From: Rhina ancylostomus
Lineage: Eukaryota
Direction: 5' to 3'
Assembly: GCA_030265395.1 (NCBI GenBank)
Contig: JARFYF010000058.1
Coordinates: 5,626,655-5,689,643 of the forward strand
Length of the DNA: 62,989 bases
How positions within the stretch are numbered: the first letter of the stretch is position 1; each line of letters opens with the position of its first letter. The notes beneath the pieces were generated by a model that worked only from the letters and a program-made list of their open reading frames with translations, was not told the origin of the DNA and did no database searches. This document shows positions 38,961 to 52,755 of the stretch, piece by piece. A program made the position numbers and the translations under genes.

Positions 38961-40693
38961 AGGGTGGTGGAGGTTAACGGTGAGTTTCGAACGGTTGAGG
39001 GCGATAAGAGGGACAAGGGAACGGGTTGGCGAAAAGCTGATGTGGAGATGTTGTAAGGGGTTAGTGATGATCTGCCGAGCACCGTGCTATGGATGAAGTT
39101 TGGATTAGCCCGTACGTTCATCACAAATGCACAATTTTTGCCTGCTACGTTTAGTAATTACGTATTTGCTAATTATAGGGATCGACAATTAAAAGTGAAG
39201 ATTACTATCACTCGGCTTTTCTGATTTAAGTATGAATGGGAGAGCCAAACTATAGCGGTCATACAATAAGTAGATAGGGAGGTAATAGAATAACGCCAAT
39301 TAGGCAGGCAATTTATCACCTTTCCGCTTGCAATGTAATTTCACGAACATCCTTGCATTTAGAAGTTGTTTTTCCAACTTTGTGGCTCTTCTCATGCACT
39401 TGAGATTTTCTGTCGTGTTTCCAGCCTGCAGTTTTGCCGGACCTGCTCAGTTGCATTGAATCTTTAACCAGACTTCAGGTCCATGCAGATGGCGAATGCT
39501 CCTGAGCCTGACACGGCTGATCTATCTCCTTTGGAGGGAACGGTCCATGGACAGTAAATGTCACCTCTCCAAGGCTGAATTTTAGGAAAACAGTTTGCAT
39601 TCAGCAGTAGATGAGGGGAGATGTGTTTCATTGTGTATTGAACCATCAGTTTGTCGGGAAATGTTTGACAATGCATGCGACTTAATCACAAGAGATATTC
39701 CTGAAAACTTCCAGAAGTGATCGGAAGGGAAAATTCCGATATTCCAATCACTGTCATTATGGACAGTGCATGAAGTCAGATTTCTTCCTACAGGAGGAGC
39801 GGATTGTGATAATTGAAGACACTGAAGTGTTTGAAAGTGGNNNNNNNNNNNNNNNNNNNNNNNNNNNNNNNNNNNNNNNNNNNNNNNNNNNNNNNNNNNN
39901 NNNNNNNNNNNNNNNNNNNNNNNNNNNNNNNNNNNNNNNNNNNNNNNNNNNNNNNNNNNNNNNNNNNNNNNNNNNNNNNNNNNNNNNNNNNNNNNNNNNN
40001 NNNNNNNNNNNNNNNNNNNNNNNNNNNNNNNNNNNNNNNNNNNNNNNNNNNNNNNNNNNNNNNNNNNNNNNNNNNNNNNNNNNNNNNNNNNNNNNNNNNN
40101 NNTTGGAGTGTGGCTTGGGAATTAAAATCCAAGTTATTGTTATTTTTTTCTTTTTAAAGCAATCGCACCTTTATATGTTATATTTTTACATTAATAGTTC
40201 CTTTGATTTTATTGCAGGTGCATTAAAGTCCATTTAGTTAGCTTGCACAAATTAATAGAGTTGCAACTGTGGAGTTGCAAGTCAGTGGGAGTTTCCAGCA
40301 ATACATTGCAAGGTTTCATAGACGCCACATTCCGATGGCCTTTCTTCCGAATGCCAACAAGGAATTCAAAACAACACTCTTATGTTTCATGGGCGCTGGA
40401 TTCGAGAGAGTCGGTAGGTCGGGCGCCTCAAAGGTTTATGAAGTAGAATAAAAATCAAACTCCTTTTTATAGGTTTCGGCTAAATTCCGAGCAGCTCACT
40501 TAATTATTTTTGTTGGGCTTTTTCTGAAGTTCTCAAACTTCCCTGAAGTACATCCGGTGGGATGTGCCTGTCCCATTACACAGCCCAGCCCAGATTTAAC
40601 TGGTGCTTGCACAATTGAAAAGCGGATTGGAAGAAATGATCTCCCTCTCCCTCGACGTACGCACACATACATGTATACACATGCTCACGCATA

Positions 40694-40736
<43 letters not shown>

Positions 40737-42351
40737 AGCGAAATGCCTACATTTCCCAATATAATTTTGTGTTGTTGCTGAACAATGATAAAGGGGTCAT
40801 TCATCTGCCANNNNNNNNNNCCAGAGTTAATTAATAGGCGGATGCTGGAGGTTAGGATAAAAAAATTCAATTTCTCTTTTCTGTGGAAGGGTTGTTGCTA
40901 CTGGCGCATGCTTCTCACCGGGGGGGGGACTTTTTCATGACCCGAAATGCCCCATGAACAGGCAAATTCCTCCATTGTTGACAGCCGACATTTAAAGCTT
41001 CATTCACCCTGTGTTCTTCTTGTTTTCAGTCCGTCCAGTGCATTTACATTTCCCGCGCATTACTTCCAGCTGATCTGCTATCTGTCACTGGCTCTGCCCC
41101 CGGTGTCTGATGTGATACAATGGTGGTTTTTTTCTCTACCACCCCTCCTCTCTCTTCTGCAGCCACGGAGCAGGTTCCGCCTCTCTCAATCTGATTAGTC
41201 CGCGTTTCAGCAGCGCGCTCGCTCTGTATGGATGATCCCAGAGTCACTCTGTTATCCCTCGCTCACCAGATCACTTCAACGTTTTAAAAAAGAGAATGGC
41301 GTTCCACCCATAAAAACGCGACGTACTGAAACAATGATTTTTGTCCCAATTTTCTCGAACTTTGTTGGACATGCAGTCCCACGAAGAGATTTTTTTAGAC
41401 CTAATCTATTAGAAGCCCTTAAATATTGGAAAAATGGCGTTGAAGTATTTTATTACATTCTGACGCTGCGCTGAGGAAATGAAACGTTAGGTATATTCCC
41501 AGAAGATGGGGTAGTGATTGAGTAGTATGTGTCGTATGTGCTGGTAAAAAAAACCGAATGCCACCTTAACCCAGATTTCATCGGCCTCGTTGTGTTTAGT
41601 TACCCATGTGGCGGACAATTCCCACCCTTGCCCCTCCCTCAGTCTGGCCGGTACATCCCACCGCACGTTGCCGCCAGTTTACCCCTTCACCCAACACCGA
41701 AGCTTCTGTTTCGCTCACTAGTCGCCACTCCAACCCCCTTCCTCAGTTTACTGCCAAGAGAACCGGTTTGATTCCCGGAAAACACCATCGCCTGCTGTCT
41801 TGGCCGATGTCTCCCCTCTTGAGCTCGCCTTTTAACCCAGCCGCTGCGCTGGCTTCCGTGTGACTTTGATCCTCTCTCTATAACATTATCATCTTCATTT
41901 GCGGAAACACGGGCCCAGTTCACGGGTCGATGCCGGCCCACAAGCAATCCTAACTTTCCATGTGCAGTAATATAATTGCAATCACGAAATGGAATTATAG
42001 ACTGAAAAATAACCTTGAGTTATGGTCCGTCGACAGCTTCGTGGTTGCCCGTGGAGTCCAGGAGCTGGTGATTCGATTTATAAGTAAAAGTGAAATGTAG
42101 GAAAGTTTACGCCACTATACACTGACTGGGTTAATGTGACTTCCGAGCCACCGTTCCAACATCTTAAAGAATAGACTCAGAAACGGTGGAATATTCGAGG
42201 CAGCCCGGGCTTCGAGAATAATTTTTCCTCGACATTATTCAAAGTACAGAGNNNNNNNNNNNNNNNNNNNNNNNNNNNNNNNNNNNNNNNNNNNNNNNNN
42301 NNNNNNNNNNNNNNNNNNNNNNNNNNNNNNNNNNNNNNNNNNNNNNNNNNN

Positions 42352-42353
<2 letters not shown>

Positions 42354-42389
<36 letters not shown>
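42354..42389. repeat. (GA)n microsatellite at a gap edge
   Basis: Direct reading. Confidence 0.9.
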
Positions 42390-42394
<5 letters not shown>

Positions 42395-45294
42395 TAGCTT
42401 TCTAGGTTCCTGTTCATGTCAAAGTTCAAATAAATAACACATGTGGGCGTTATTGCCAAGATGCTTCTTAAAATTGGACTTATTTAAGATTTCAGTTGCA
42501 AAAAAAATCACTTCATTGACTTTGGAGCGACTTAGTAAATGCCATTCCGTATTGTGTGGAAATTAAAAAAGGTAAATTCGCAAACTATCTGCAGGTTGTA
42601 TATTGGACAAATGTTCCCTCTGGTAATTTCAATCTGTTCCCTGATGCCGTGCAACCCACTTGCCAAATGTTTGCTCATCAGCTCTCTACAAGCTAAAATT
42701 AAAACTGCTTCCAGGGGCCGGGTCAACTGTTCCAACCGACTCCGTGCGGTCGTGGCTTACCTTCAAAAATTAAATGTATTGAAGATTCTGGTCAGGTTAT
42801 TATTGAAGGCAAAAACATAGGTCAGCTTCAAAACTACAAAACAAATTAAGTCTCCAGGAATTCCCTTCAGTTTAGAGTCATTTTCCCTTCAGTAAAAGTC
42901 AGACTCCCTTGTTCTCTATAACACGTGCATCTGTTACTTGTAACAAAACAAGTGGCATCCCCCTTTAGAGTCTCCTTGACCCTGCTCCAGGTAGGTATGT
43001 TCAGAGAGAGTCCACGCCAGTGAGGACCTTCTGTTATGTCCTGATACTCGACACTTCACAGCTATTCCTGGAGGTCACACACAAAGTATGGCTTTCCCAC
43101 AACCGAGCAAAAATGCCTATTATTAATACAGAACATTTAAATATATGTGAAATTTCTGGCTTATTTTTATTTATTATTTGCAACTTTTGAGCGCACTGTT
43201 CGCAACATACGAAATTGGCGAGCAGGAAAAAGACAGCTACTCAGTCAGGACCTGCATCCCACCGTGATGGCAAGAGCATGGTGACTTCATTCACTCTGCC
43301 CCACCTGTGCCCAACCGCACTACCCTCTCCCAGCCACCCCTTCCCTCNNNNNNNNNNGGAAGAACATGGCAGGTGGAGGGAAAAAAAATTATTTGTGCAG
43401 CAGGTATAGCTTGAAGTTCATAGCACGATGTCGAAATAGTTTATTTTAATGTAAATGTTCCATATACGTAAGAGGATTAAGTTAAAATAAGCGATGAAAT
43501 CAAGGTTTAACAATAATGACAGACGCCTGATGAGTTCCATTATTTACATAATTACATCTCCTAACAGATTTCATGCAATCTGCAACAAGTATCCTCGCTA
43601 TCCCAATGAACCTACTGTTGCCAGAAGTCCAGCAATGAGTCCAGACAATATTCTGCAGTGAACAATGAAAGTATAACATTAGAGTGATTTACACAAGTGG
43701 GGATTTAATTTAGAACTTAACACATTAGCTTCAGAGAGTTGCACTTAGATTCAGGTGTCTAGTGCGTTATACTTTGACCCTTCTAAGTTACAATATTTTC
43801 TTGTTATCAGAATAGTTATGATTTTAACCTTTTACACATAGTTTAATTCAGCAAGTATTTGTCCAATTCATTTTTTTTTTGTAAGTGGAGCAAATACTAA
43901 TGCCAATTTCCTCCAGTCTTGTAGGTGAAAGGTGATCTGCTAGTATTGTTTATTAAACTATACCTCTAATATGCGAATGCGGCACCGTTTTGTTTGTTTG
44001 AATAACTGGATAAATCAATATCTTCTCGTCTTTTACTAGATGGACTATCTAGTTGAAAACATCAGTCAAAGCAGCCTCAGAGAAGAAACTGTTTTTTTTT
44101 ATCGTGCTCATACAGTTTTAAGGAGATCTGGTTTTGATTGCTACGTGCGCAAGAGAAAGCCAACGTCTGCATCTTGACCCCAGAAGAAGTTCCATAGTCT
44201 GCCGTTTTCAGTTGATTGCTAAGCGCTATCCCCTCCATTTCCCACGTTTTCCCGAGCGTTAGAGGAAACAGATGGCCGCAGATTGCTGCCGACAATCACC
44301 CCACTTTCAATCTAGCAGTGGGAGATCTTATTTTTCTTTATTTTATTTTCATCTCCAAATGTTATGATAGAAGGGGGCGGTGATTGCTCCGCCAGGGAGG
44401 AGATTGCTCTTGTGTAGGAGAAGTGGCCGGTGAAGGGCAGGGAAGGGCATTTGGAAACTCAGAAAACTACTCGATAACTTTCTTAGATTCTGGAGTATCT
44501 TTTGAGGGCAAGATGTAGGCATTCGTTTTCTCTTAAGAACTGAACAATCAAAACATCCCTTTCTGGTCCAAAGTTGTAGCAAACACAAAAAGTCCGATGA
44601 ATGGTGGTTAACAGTGTTATCAGATGGGGTGTTGCCACATCTTATCATGCAACATGTCAGCTGCAGAATTATCCCGTTCCGTTGAAACTCTGACGAGAAA
44701 GTGCAAGTGACACTATTCATGGCCAATTCTACACGAGGCGTTGCACATCATTTCACGTCACAGTGTGTCCTTTTTAAATGCTTGGGAAGACGAGTCACAG
44801 TAAAAGACAGAAAGTTAATATAATGTGTTCCAGCTCTTAACTTTAACTCAACTTTCTGGCGTCCACTGATCTGCGTCGAGATTGATTGATCTAAGTGATA
44901 TCCCAAGACTGTGTTTCAGTTTAGGAACAGACAAAGCGATTCAGAGGCAGGCGGATGAGGGCAGTTTTAAAGCCATCGCGAAAATACAGCAGTTGTTACC
45001 CCTCCTCCACACGCATGGACAGAACTAACGCAACTCTGAAATCCAACACACTTCGCTGCAAATTTGTATCTTTCCTTCTGAAAAAATAAATCATAGTTTG
45101 GATTGGTTGACAAAGTAGGAAGATTGACAACATTTTGCAACAATATTTGTGTTTGTGCGTCATTTATTGTCACCAGTGACAGTACAGAGCGATCACTATT
45201 CCCTGAAAACAATATAAAGTTATATGAGGAATATAAAGCTTCGTACTTGAAATAACCCACATCAAAGGCTGATAGAAGTGTGCAAGATAATTAA

Positions 45295-45670
45295 AAGAAA
45301 GAAACTTACTTTTATGTAGTGTCATTCATGATATGAGAACGTCCCTCAACACATCTGGAGTGCAGTTGCTGGTTATATAGGAGGCCATGCCGTTATATTA
45401 AGCACTGTAAGCCCTCACAAAGCACAACCCCGGTGACTAGGTTGTTTTTACTGATAGCAAGAAAGGGATAAAGTTCGATCAAGACGGGTGAACCATGGGA
45501 TCTTCCTAGTTCACCCGAAGGTGGCGGAGGCCTTAGCTTAAACTCTCACCCAAAAGGCGGCATCCAACACAGCGTTACACCTTTTCAGGACTGTATTAAA
45601 AGTCCATCCCAGATTCTGCAGCCGAGCTACCGAACTGCGGATTGAACCCACATAACTCCACTGCCTGAGC
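45295..45670 (-). mobile_element. Deu-domain SINE, decayed
   Basis: aaagaaagaaacttacttttatgtagtgtcattcatg...ccatgggatctt...actctcacccaaaaggcggca, reverse complement of the family. Confidence 0.55.
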
Positions 45671-46764
45671 GAACAGGCGAAAATTGGTTTGAAGGTTTCT
45701 CTTAAAATTTGCTACTGGGAAATCCAAGCGAAGAAACAAAGTCCACAGTGCAAACTAACACAGAGGTTGCTGGCGTAAGTTGAGTACTAAAAACTTATTA
45801 ATTATTGAGAGAAACGTAGGAAAAGAAACGGAAGGGACCAGTGATACAAATCAATAGAAAAGACCAATAATAGTGCATTGGCTACTTTTAATATTGGGAA
45901 AGATTCCAACATGACCAACCTCCAGGAGAAGACAGCCTGCTTGACAGTCGGGCGCATTGGGAATGCAGTGTATACAATCTTCAAAAGGCATTCTGGTGTT
46001 TCTCGAAGNNNNNNNNNNCGCAAAAGAACACTATCACCCCTTGCTGTAGCACGCCGTCCGAAAGTGAAAATAAATCGCCTTCTTATCGGCTGGGTCGGAC
46101 CGTGGAGCTCACTGACAATGGCCAGAAGGACGAAAGCGGTTTGAGAAAGTGACTCAGCCTTCTCAAAGGTAGCTAGACGTGGGTAAAACTGCGCGGGCAA
46201 CGCTTACATCCTGCAACGACCATATAAAAGAATAGCTTCATTAGACTAAACTAATAGTGTCCGAATCACACGACTCAACCATATTTCCCCTTATAGCCGA
46301 AGCTATCACAACCTTCTCAAGAGATGAAAGTTATAATGAGTCTCTGCGCAGGGTCGTTGAAATATGTTATAGACTTCAAGAATAACTAAACAACTTGTAC
46401 TTTTGGAGACATTAAGGAAGTGTTTATTTGAAGATCTGAATAGCTGGCATGGAACAAGAAAGTCTCTCTGTGAATTAATTAATTATTGGATAATCCATTT
46501 TGGTAGTCTAAGAATGCGATAATACGAAAGAATCCCATTGTAGCGGCAACACAGTGAATGCCTCAGGTCGTGCGATCAATTATGTTGGAATCCACGCCAG
46601 AGAAAACAAAATGTTGGACTGAGTACTAAGATGCTCACGGTTTTGATAATGGATTGGGGCATAAGGCTGTTTGTCATTGTAGACGTCATTCATTTGGTGG
46701 CTTGAATAGGGGGGAGAGGTGCCACTATTTTCTGAAACAGGTTCAAAGAGTATTAAACAACCAA

Positions 46765-46935
46765 GGAAATTCTCAGCAGGTCAGGCAGCGTCTGTGGAGA
46801 AAGAAACAGAACAGTCATCAATATTGATAAAAGGCTATCGACCTGAAATGTTAACTTGATTCTCTCTTCATAGATCCTGGTCTGCTGAGAGTGTCCATTA
46901 TTCTGTTTTTTTAAACAGATATCATCTGCGGATTT
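46765..46935. mobile_element. Inverted pair of Penelope-like terminal repeats, degenerate
   Basis: ctcagcaggtcaggcagcgtctgtggagaaagaaac followed by ttgataaaaggctatcgacctgaaatgttaac...tctgctgagag. Confidence 0.55.
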
Positions 46936-47489
46936 TTTGTTTGTTATATTTTTTAGGCATTACTACTTGTCTTTGCTTCATCTATGTATTTTACAGCATG
47001 GGAGGTGCCTGAGACGGGACGTAGGTTGGATTACATACAAGACTTTTTTTCCTTTATGAAACCGAAGGCGACAGCTTCATCTAATGGTCGAGGGAAGACT
47101 TAATGAATGACATATTCGAATTAGTTATCTAAGTTTTTAATGCCTTCGTGGAGTTGTGTGTTAATCCATCGCATCTCACAACTCAGTGCAGTAAGGCACG
47201 GTAATTGGCGGAATCCAATCTCCTCACATTGACTTTTTTTAATAGACTGCTTTTCAGTGGTTCTTGCGTACTACTTCAATTTGGTGGTTATTATTTAATC
47301 TTGCAATGTCAACGTCCGTGTATGTCTGTTGTGGCACGAAATTAGGCACTCCCAATAGGATATCCTTAAATATGCTTGGACACGGTTCATGCTCACTGAA
47401 GCATACTCCTTAACGACAGTAGCCACTTATAAAGGAAAAGTTTATACACGGCCCGAAGTTACTGTGAATATATTGCAAAAAAATGTAAC

Positions 47490-47905
47490 CACGGGCTCTG
47501 TCTACACTTCGCTCTGCCTTGGGAAAACAGCCAACAGTATCAAAGATCCCACCTCCCGGCCATTCTCTCTGCACCCCCCCCCCATCGGGCAGAAGATACA
47601 AAAACTTGAAAACACGCACCACCAGGGTCAAGGACAACTTCCATCCCGTTGTTATAAGACACTTGAACGTAGGATAAAAATGAACTCTTGCTCTCACAAT
47701 CTGCTTCGTCGCGGCCCTCCCACTTTATTGTTTGCCTGCACTGCACTTTCCCTGTAACTAACACAATATTCTGCATTCTGTTATTGTTTTTCCTTTGTAC
47801 TACCTCGATGTACTGATGTTTTGAAATGATCTGTATGGGTGGCTTGCAAAACAAAGTTTTCCACTGTGTCCCGGTACACGTGACAATAATAAACCAATTA
47901 CCAAT
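47490..47905 (+). mobile_element. Rex/Babar-like LINE 3' fragment
   Basis: CLGKTANSIKDPTS...; ccatcgggcagaagatacaaaa...gtgacaataataaaccaattacc tail. Reverse tail fragments also near 49945-50055 and 55395-55480. Confidence 0.8.
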
Positions 47906-48699
47906 TAGTGTCAGCTGTGGAAAAGTTTCTCTGCTTTTATCACACTCGATATCACACGCCCGTGTACACCTGACAATATACATCAGGTTATTAGACAACA
48001 AGGTTCGCAACATGTAGGGACCAGAACTTGCACGTCATGCAACGGCTGACATGAACAAAGTTAGCTTTATTCATAGTCTACATTAAAGAGTTAATTTGTG
48101 GAACAAGGGCGAAAAGGCGAGTTGGTTCCTCGCTTGCTTGATGTGGCCTTTATCCTTCTTTCGGAGCTTCCGGGTGTAATATGAATGCGAGCCAGGGCAC
48201 AGTTGACAGAGATCCTGGAAACCCCGTAAAGCTCTTGCAGTCTGGGGTTCGAGAAAGTAACAACAGGCACTACAGTGGAATTAGGAGCTCGAGTGTGAGA
48301 ATTTAAAATTAGGGTACATTTATAGCAAGTCCAGTTGCTTTTGGTGAAAGAAAGGGAGGCCGACTTGGACCCGAATGTACACAGGACTTGCCCTGAATCT
48401 TGAATTCTGTACTTTGTTTTAAATACTTCCGAAACATCAAAGCAGCGCCAATCATTTAATCACGTGCTCGGCAGTCTGACGACGTGAATTTCTGGGGCAA
48501 CACACACACAATGCTGGAGGAACTCAGCAGGTCAGGCAGCACCGATGAATTTTGCAGTCAGGGTTATCAATCAAACCGATGCTGTCATTTACAGGCGCTC
48601 AGACCGTGGGTGGACGATGTATGCTTGTTTAAATTAACACATAAGTGTAGGGCGGGGTCGTTGTTTGGGGAGAATAACATTAGCTGTGGCTCACTGAAC

Positions 48700-48905
48700 A
48701 GACCTGCCGCTTCTGAGTCAAAGGATTGAAACCCCATTCCAGACAATTGAGAGTAAAAATATACGCTGACGCTGTGCAGTGCTGCGGCGGTGCCGAACAG
48801 CCAGAGGTTCTGGTTTTCACACGCGAAGTTAAACCGAGGAGGCTTCTGATGTTACAAGTGGACGTACAAAAGGAGGCTGTGACCTGACCAATTTTATTTC
48901 TCAAC
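48700..48905 (+). mobile_element. Deu-domain SINE fragment
   Basis: gctgacgctgtgcagtgctgcgg...gttaaaccgagg...gtggacgtacaaaag. Confidence 0.55.
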
Positions 48906-49037
48906 ATCACAGAAACACTCCACTTGGTATTATTAGACTTTTGTTTATGCTAAGGTGACATTCTCTCTTAATGGGCTCCGGCTTGAAGCTGAATACGTAC
49001 TGATTTTTTACATTATAATCCTGATCTTCAAGCATGG

Positions 49038-49165
49038 AGACAAGAGACTGCAGATGCTGGAAGTCTGGAGCAACACACATTCTGGAGGAACTCAGCGGGT
49101 CAGGCAGCATCTATGGAGGGAAATGAACAGTCGATATTTCTGGTCGAGACCTTTCATCAGGACGC
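49038..49165 (-). mobile_element. Penelope-like terminal repeat with hammerhead motif
   Basis: Minus strand gtc-CTGATGA-a-aggtctcgacca-GAAA-ta-TC-gactg at about 49128-49163. Confidence 0.65.
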
Positions 49166-51589
49166 TTAGTTACTCTTCAAGCATTACCGTATGGTTTCGA
49201 AAGCACATCGGGGTTTAATGGAAAAGAAACCCTTTCCTTGCACAGTCAGGGGACTCTCTGTTAACACATCTTCACAGANNNNNNNNNNNNNNNNNNNNNN
49301 NNNNNNNNNNNNNNNNNNNNNNNNNNNNNNNNNNNNNNNNNNNNNNNNNNNNNNNNNNNNNNNNNNNNNNNNNNNNNNNNNNNNNNNNNNNNNNNNNNNN
49401 NNNNNNNNNNNNNNNNNNNNNNNNNNNNNNNNNNNNNNNNNNNNNNNNNNNNNNNNNNNNNNNNNNNNNTGTTATTGTTATAATGCAAATAGCGGTTTGT
49501 CCGACCAATCAACTAACAGTGGTATAAAATTATTGTTTTCCTCTGGCAATGCCGCAGTTTCAAACCTCGGGAGCTTCACAATATATTTTGCATTTTTTTA
49601 AAGGAAGTGTTTTAAAAATAAACCGGAAGTACACCTGAAGGTTCATATTAACTATTGACCAACAGTCTTCACTCTTTTCGGTGGAACCATTCCGAAATTC
49701 GACGGTGCCTTGCCAGTTTATTTTGGATAACATGTGAAAATTATCCCAGCTGCCTCATCAGACCAGGGATTTGTAAAATCCTCTGGGTAACAACGTACTG
49801 GACTCCGACATTCATGGCCAGTTACTTGGAATCAAGCTGATACCTGTCCCCAAATCCTTCTCTTTGGTATTTAAAGGATGTTTGTGCTCTTTATGAGCAA
49901 CTAAACCTCTGTATCTGTATACCGCTAAGTGTAAACATAAAGAAGGTAAATTGGTAAATCGGTTCATTATTGTCACATTTACCGAGGTACAGTGAAAGGT
50001 TTGTCTCACGTACCGTTCATACAGATGATCCATTACAACAGTGCATTGAGGTAGTAAGAACTGCCCATTTGCTCATAGTAAGCTCTCACAGAGGCTCAAA
50101 GAACATTGCAGTAAGTACATGAAACCTACATTATTAAGTAGGAAATATAGTGAGGTGAAATTAGAAACAAAAACAAGTAATAGCAGATAAAAAGGCTGTT
50201 CTATCCGTTGTCAGCGACGCTTGGACCACCCTGCCGAGTGTTCCACTTACATAGCTGGTATAAGTACCAGCGACAAAGAATCCTGCAAGCTAACCGCACT
50301 CCTGTGAGCAATTGGTCCCTAACCGGAGCTCATTTTTTCCTCTATATATTCACACAACATTTGTACTTCCTGATGAATCCTGCCAGGATTGTGGAAACAA
50401 ATAGTTAAGCATTGTGAGAAGGAACTGACTCTACTGGGAATATATTTAATTCGTTTGAAAAATCAGAGGCCTATAATTTCTGCTAAAACATTAATAACAG
50501 CAACTGCTGTGTGACTGTAAAGCTGTCTGTCATGTGAGGAAGGCACGTTTGCGACCTCTGTCAACAGATACACACATCCACACACTTTACCGTATGCATG
50601 AATATGTGTGCATAAGATCTATAGAAGTTACATTTGTTCTTGTTACAAAATCATCATATTATGAGCAGGAATATAATATGGAAAATTATACCTCGTGATT
50701 TCCTTGTATCGTGCATTTATATGTGCGCGATTAAATGAATTATTTTAGTACTTCGTCATATCTAGCATTGTAAACATGTTGAATTTCAAAATAACACCAA
50801 ATATTTTCCCATCAAAAAAAGTAACCAAAGATCACAATGAATTCTGAGAGCTAGCTTTCTTTGTGGCAAAGCATTTCCCCAATTCTAATCCAGAACCGGC
50901 GTGTAGGTATTAGGCACCGTACTTGCAGATTCTCAGCACGTTAGACTATTTAATAGCTGCCCAGGAAATTCCATGTTCGGCGGGTCCATCGGGATAGCTT
51001 ATTACAAATTCACATAAATCCATCTCAACTTGCTGAGCAGACCAAACCAATCCATTCTTTCCCCCCAAACAAACTGTTTTAAATTGCTGCTGAGTCATTG
51101 AATGTAATTTAAAACCGAGACTGTGAAATAATGCGCCACGTCAGTACAGGATGTATAATAACACCTCTGCTGAGTTATCAAGGTCGCCGTTTCCAATGTA
51201 CCTCAATCAAACCAGCGAGTGCCGGTACGGAGCCATACATCAACGCATGGGGAAACATGTCCATCTGCGTTACGGTGCCTGTTATAAGTCATACTATTTA
51301 TAGGTCCAAACATTATTTTTCTTTGTGAAAACTAGCTTTTCTGATTCAACTTAGGCCAAGTGATGAATATAGAAAGGCTTTCATTTATGTTACTTTTAAA
51401 GCCTCCTCAACTTGCCCGGAAGGAATTTACCACAGCATTATTTTAAAGTTCAATGAAAGTAAGAACTGCCCATTTGCTCACAGTAAGCTCTCACAGAGAG
51501 CCATGAAGTAAAGGATCAGACGAACTGATCCGGATGTTGGTTGAAGGGTGAATGGTATCGGAGAGAACAAAACGCAAGGCAAAATAAGA

Positions 51590-51682
51590 AGTGCTCTGAT
51601 GGAAGGCCATCGATCTGAAACGTTAAATCTGTTTCTGTCCCCATCGGTGCTGCCTGGACTAAGTTCTTCCCAGCAATTCCTG
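51590..51682 (+). mobile_element. Penelope-like terminal repeat, degenerate hammerhead
   Basis: ctgatgg-aaggccatcgatct-gaaacgtt-aaatctgtttctgtccccatcggtgctgcc. Confidence 0.5.
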
Positions 51683-52454
51683 ACTGGACATCCACCAGAA
51701 CATCCCTGCCTCTCTTTAGTTTTTATCATCTCTGTACGAGAAGACGGTCGTAGCTTCTGTTTAACGTCTCTTTCGACACGAATTATCATTAAAAATAATT
51801 TTTTGATTATACGGGTAAAGTTCTTCCTCGATAGATCCCTATAACAGTGAGATTTTTTAAAGCAAGTATTGATAAGCTTGACCCTCAAATAGCCCAAACC
51901 AACTAGCATGATAAGCAACTTTGGTTTTCATATTTATAAAACTTGATGAGCTGAGCTTTTCGGAAACTACATTGAGCTAAACAGCCGTAAAGTCGGAAGG
52001 TTCATTTGGACTCAACATCACATCAGCGCCTTGATATATTGACGGGCTGAGAGCTATGCCGCCCTAACTTTATTTAATGTTCGTTCCTCGCCTTTCAGTG
52101 TATGCTCTAACACATCCGAGCAATATTACTCAGTAGAGAAATTAATATGTTATTGTTTTCACTTTGGGTTTAATGGGAATAAACAGTCGACAGCTTCGCA
52201 CAGTGCTGGGCAAAATAGACTAAATTGCTGCTTCACCTGTTGCTGCATGGTTGAGGCACACCCAAAAATTAACATTCTTCGGACAGATTTCTTAAAGCAA
52301 CTCAAAGCAGCTGACTCCCAGACGGAAGTAAATGTTGCACTCTATTCTGTTGGGACGAAAGTAGTTGATCAAGCAACATTTTTGGGGGCCTTTTCACCAA
52401 GATACACGGAGAGTTTTCATTGGCGATACACGGTGAGACTGGTCATCAGAGCAG

Positions 52455-52755
52455 AGATCGGGACGTTTCGCCTGACTGGGGAATCTAGATGTGGGAGCCG
52501 CGTTCCCAAAATAAGGAATGAATTGTGAGGGAAAATCTTCCCTCGGAGCGTGGTGCATCTTTGGAGTTCTCTGCCTTGGAGGATTCTGCTTTGGGTCTCA
52601 CTTAAAATAGAATTAATAGATTTCTGCTGGAATCAGGGAGTTATAAAGGAAAATGGTGTCGAACTGGAACACCAGTGGTGACCTTGTTGAATAATGGAGC
52701 AGGCTCCAGGGGCAGGATGAGCTAATCCTGCTCCGACTTCTTATGTTCTTATGAT
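52455..52755 (+). mobile_element. CR1-type LINE 3' fragment
   Basis: ggggaatctaga...tggagcaggctccagggg...tcctgctccgacttcttatgttcttatg tail. Confidence 0.7.
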
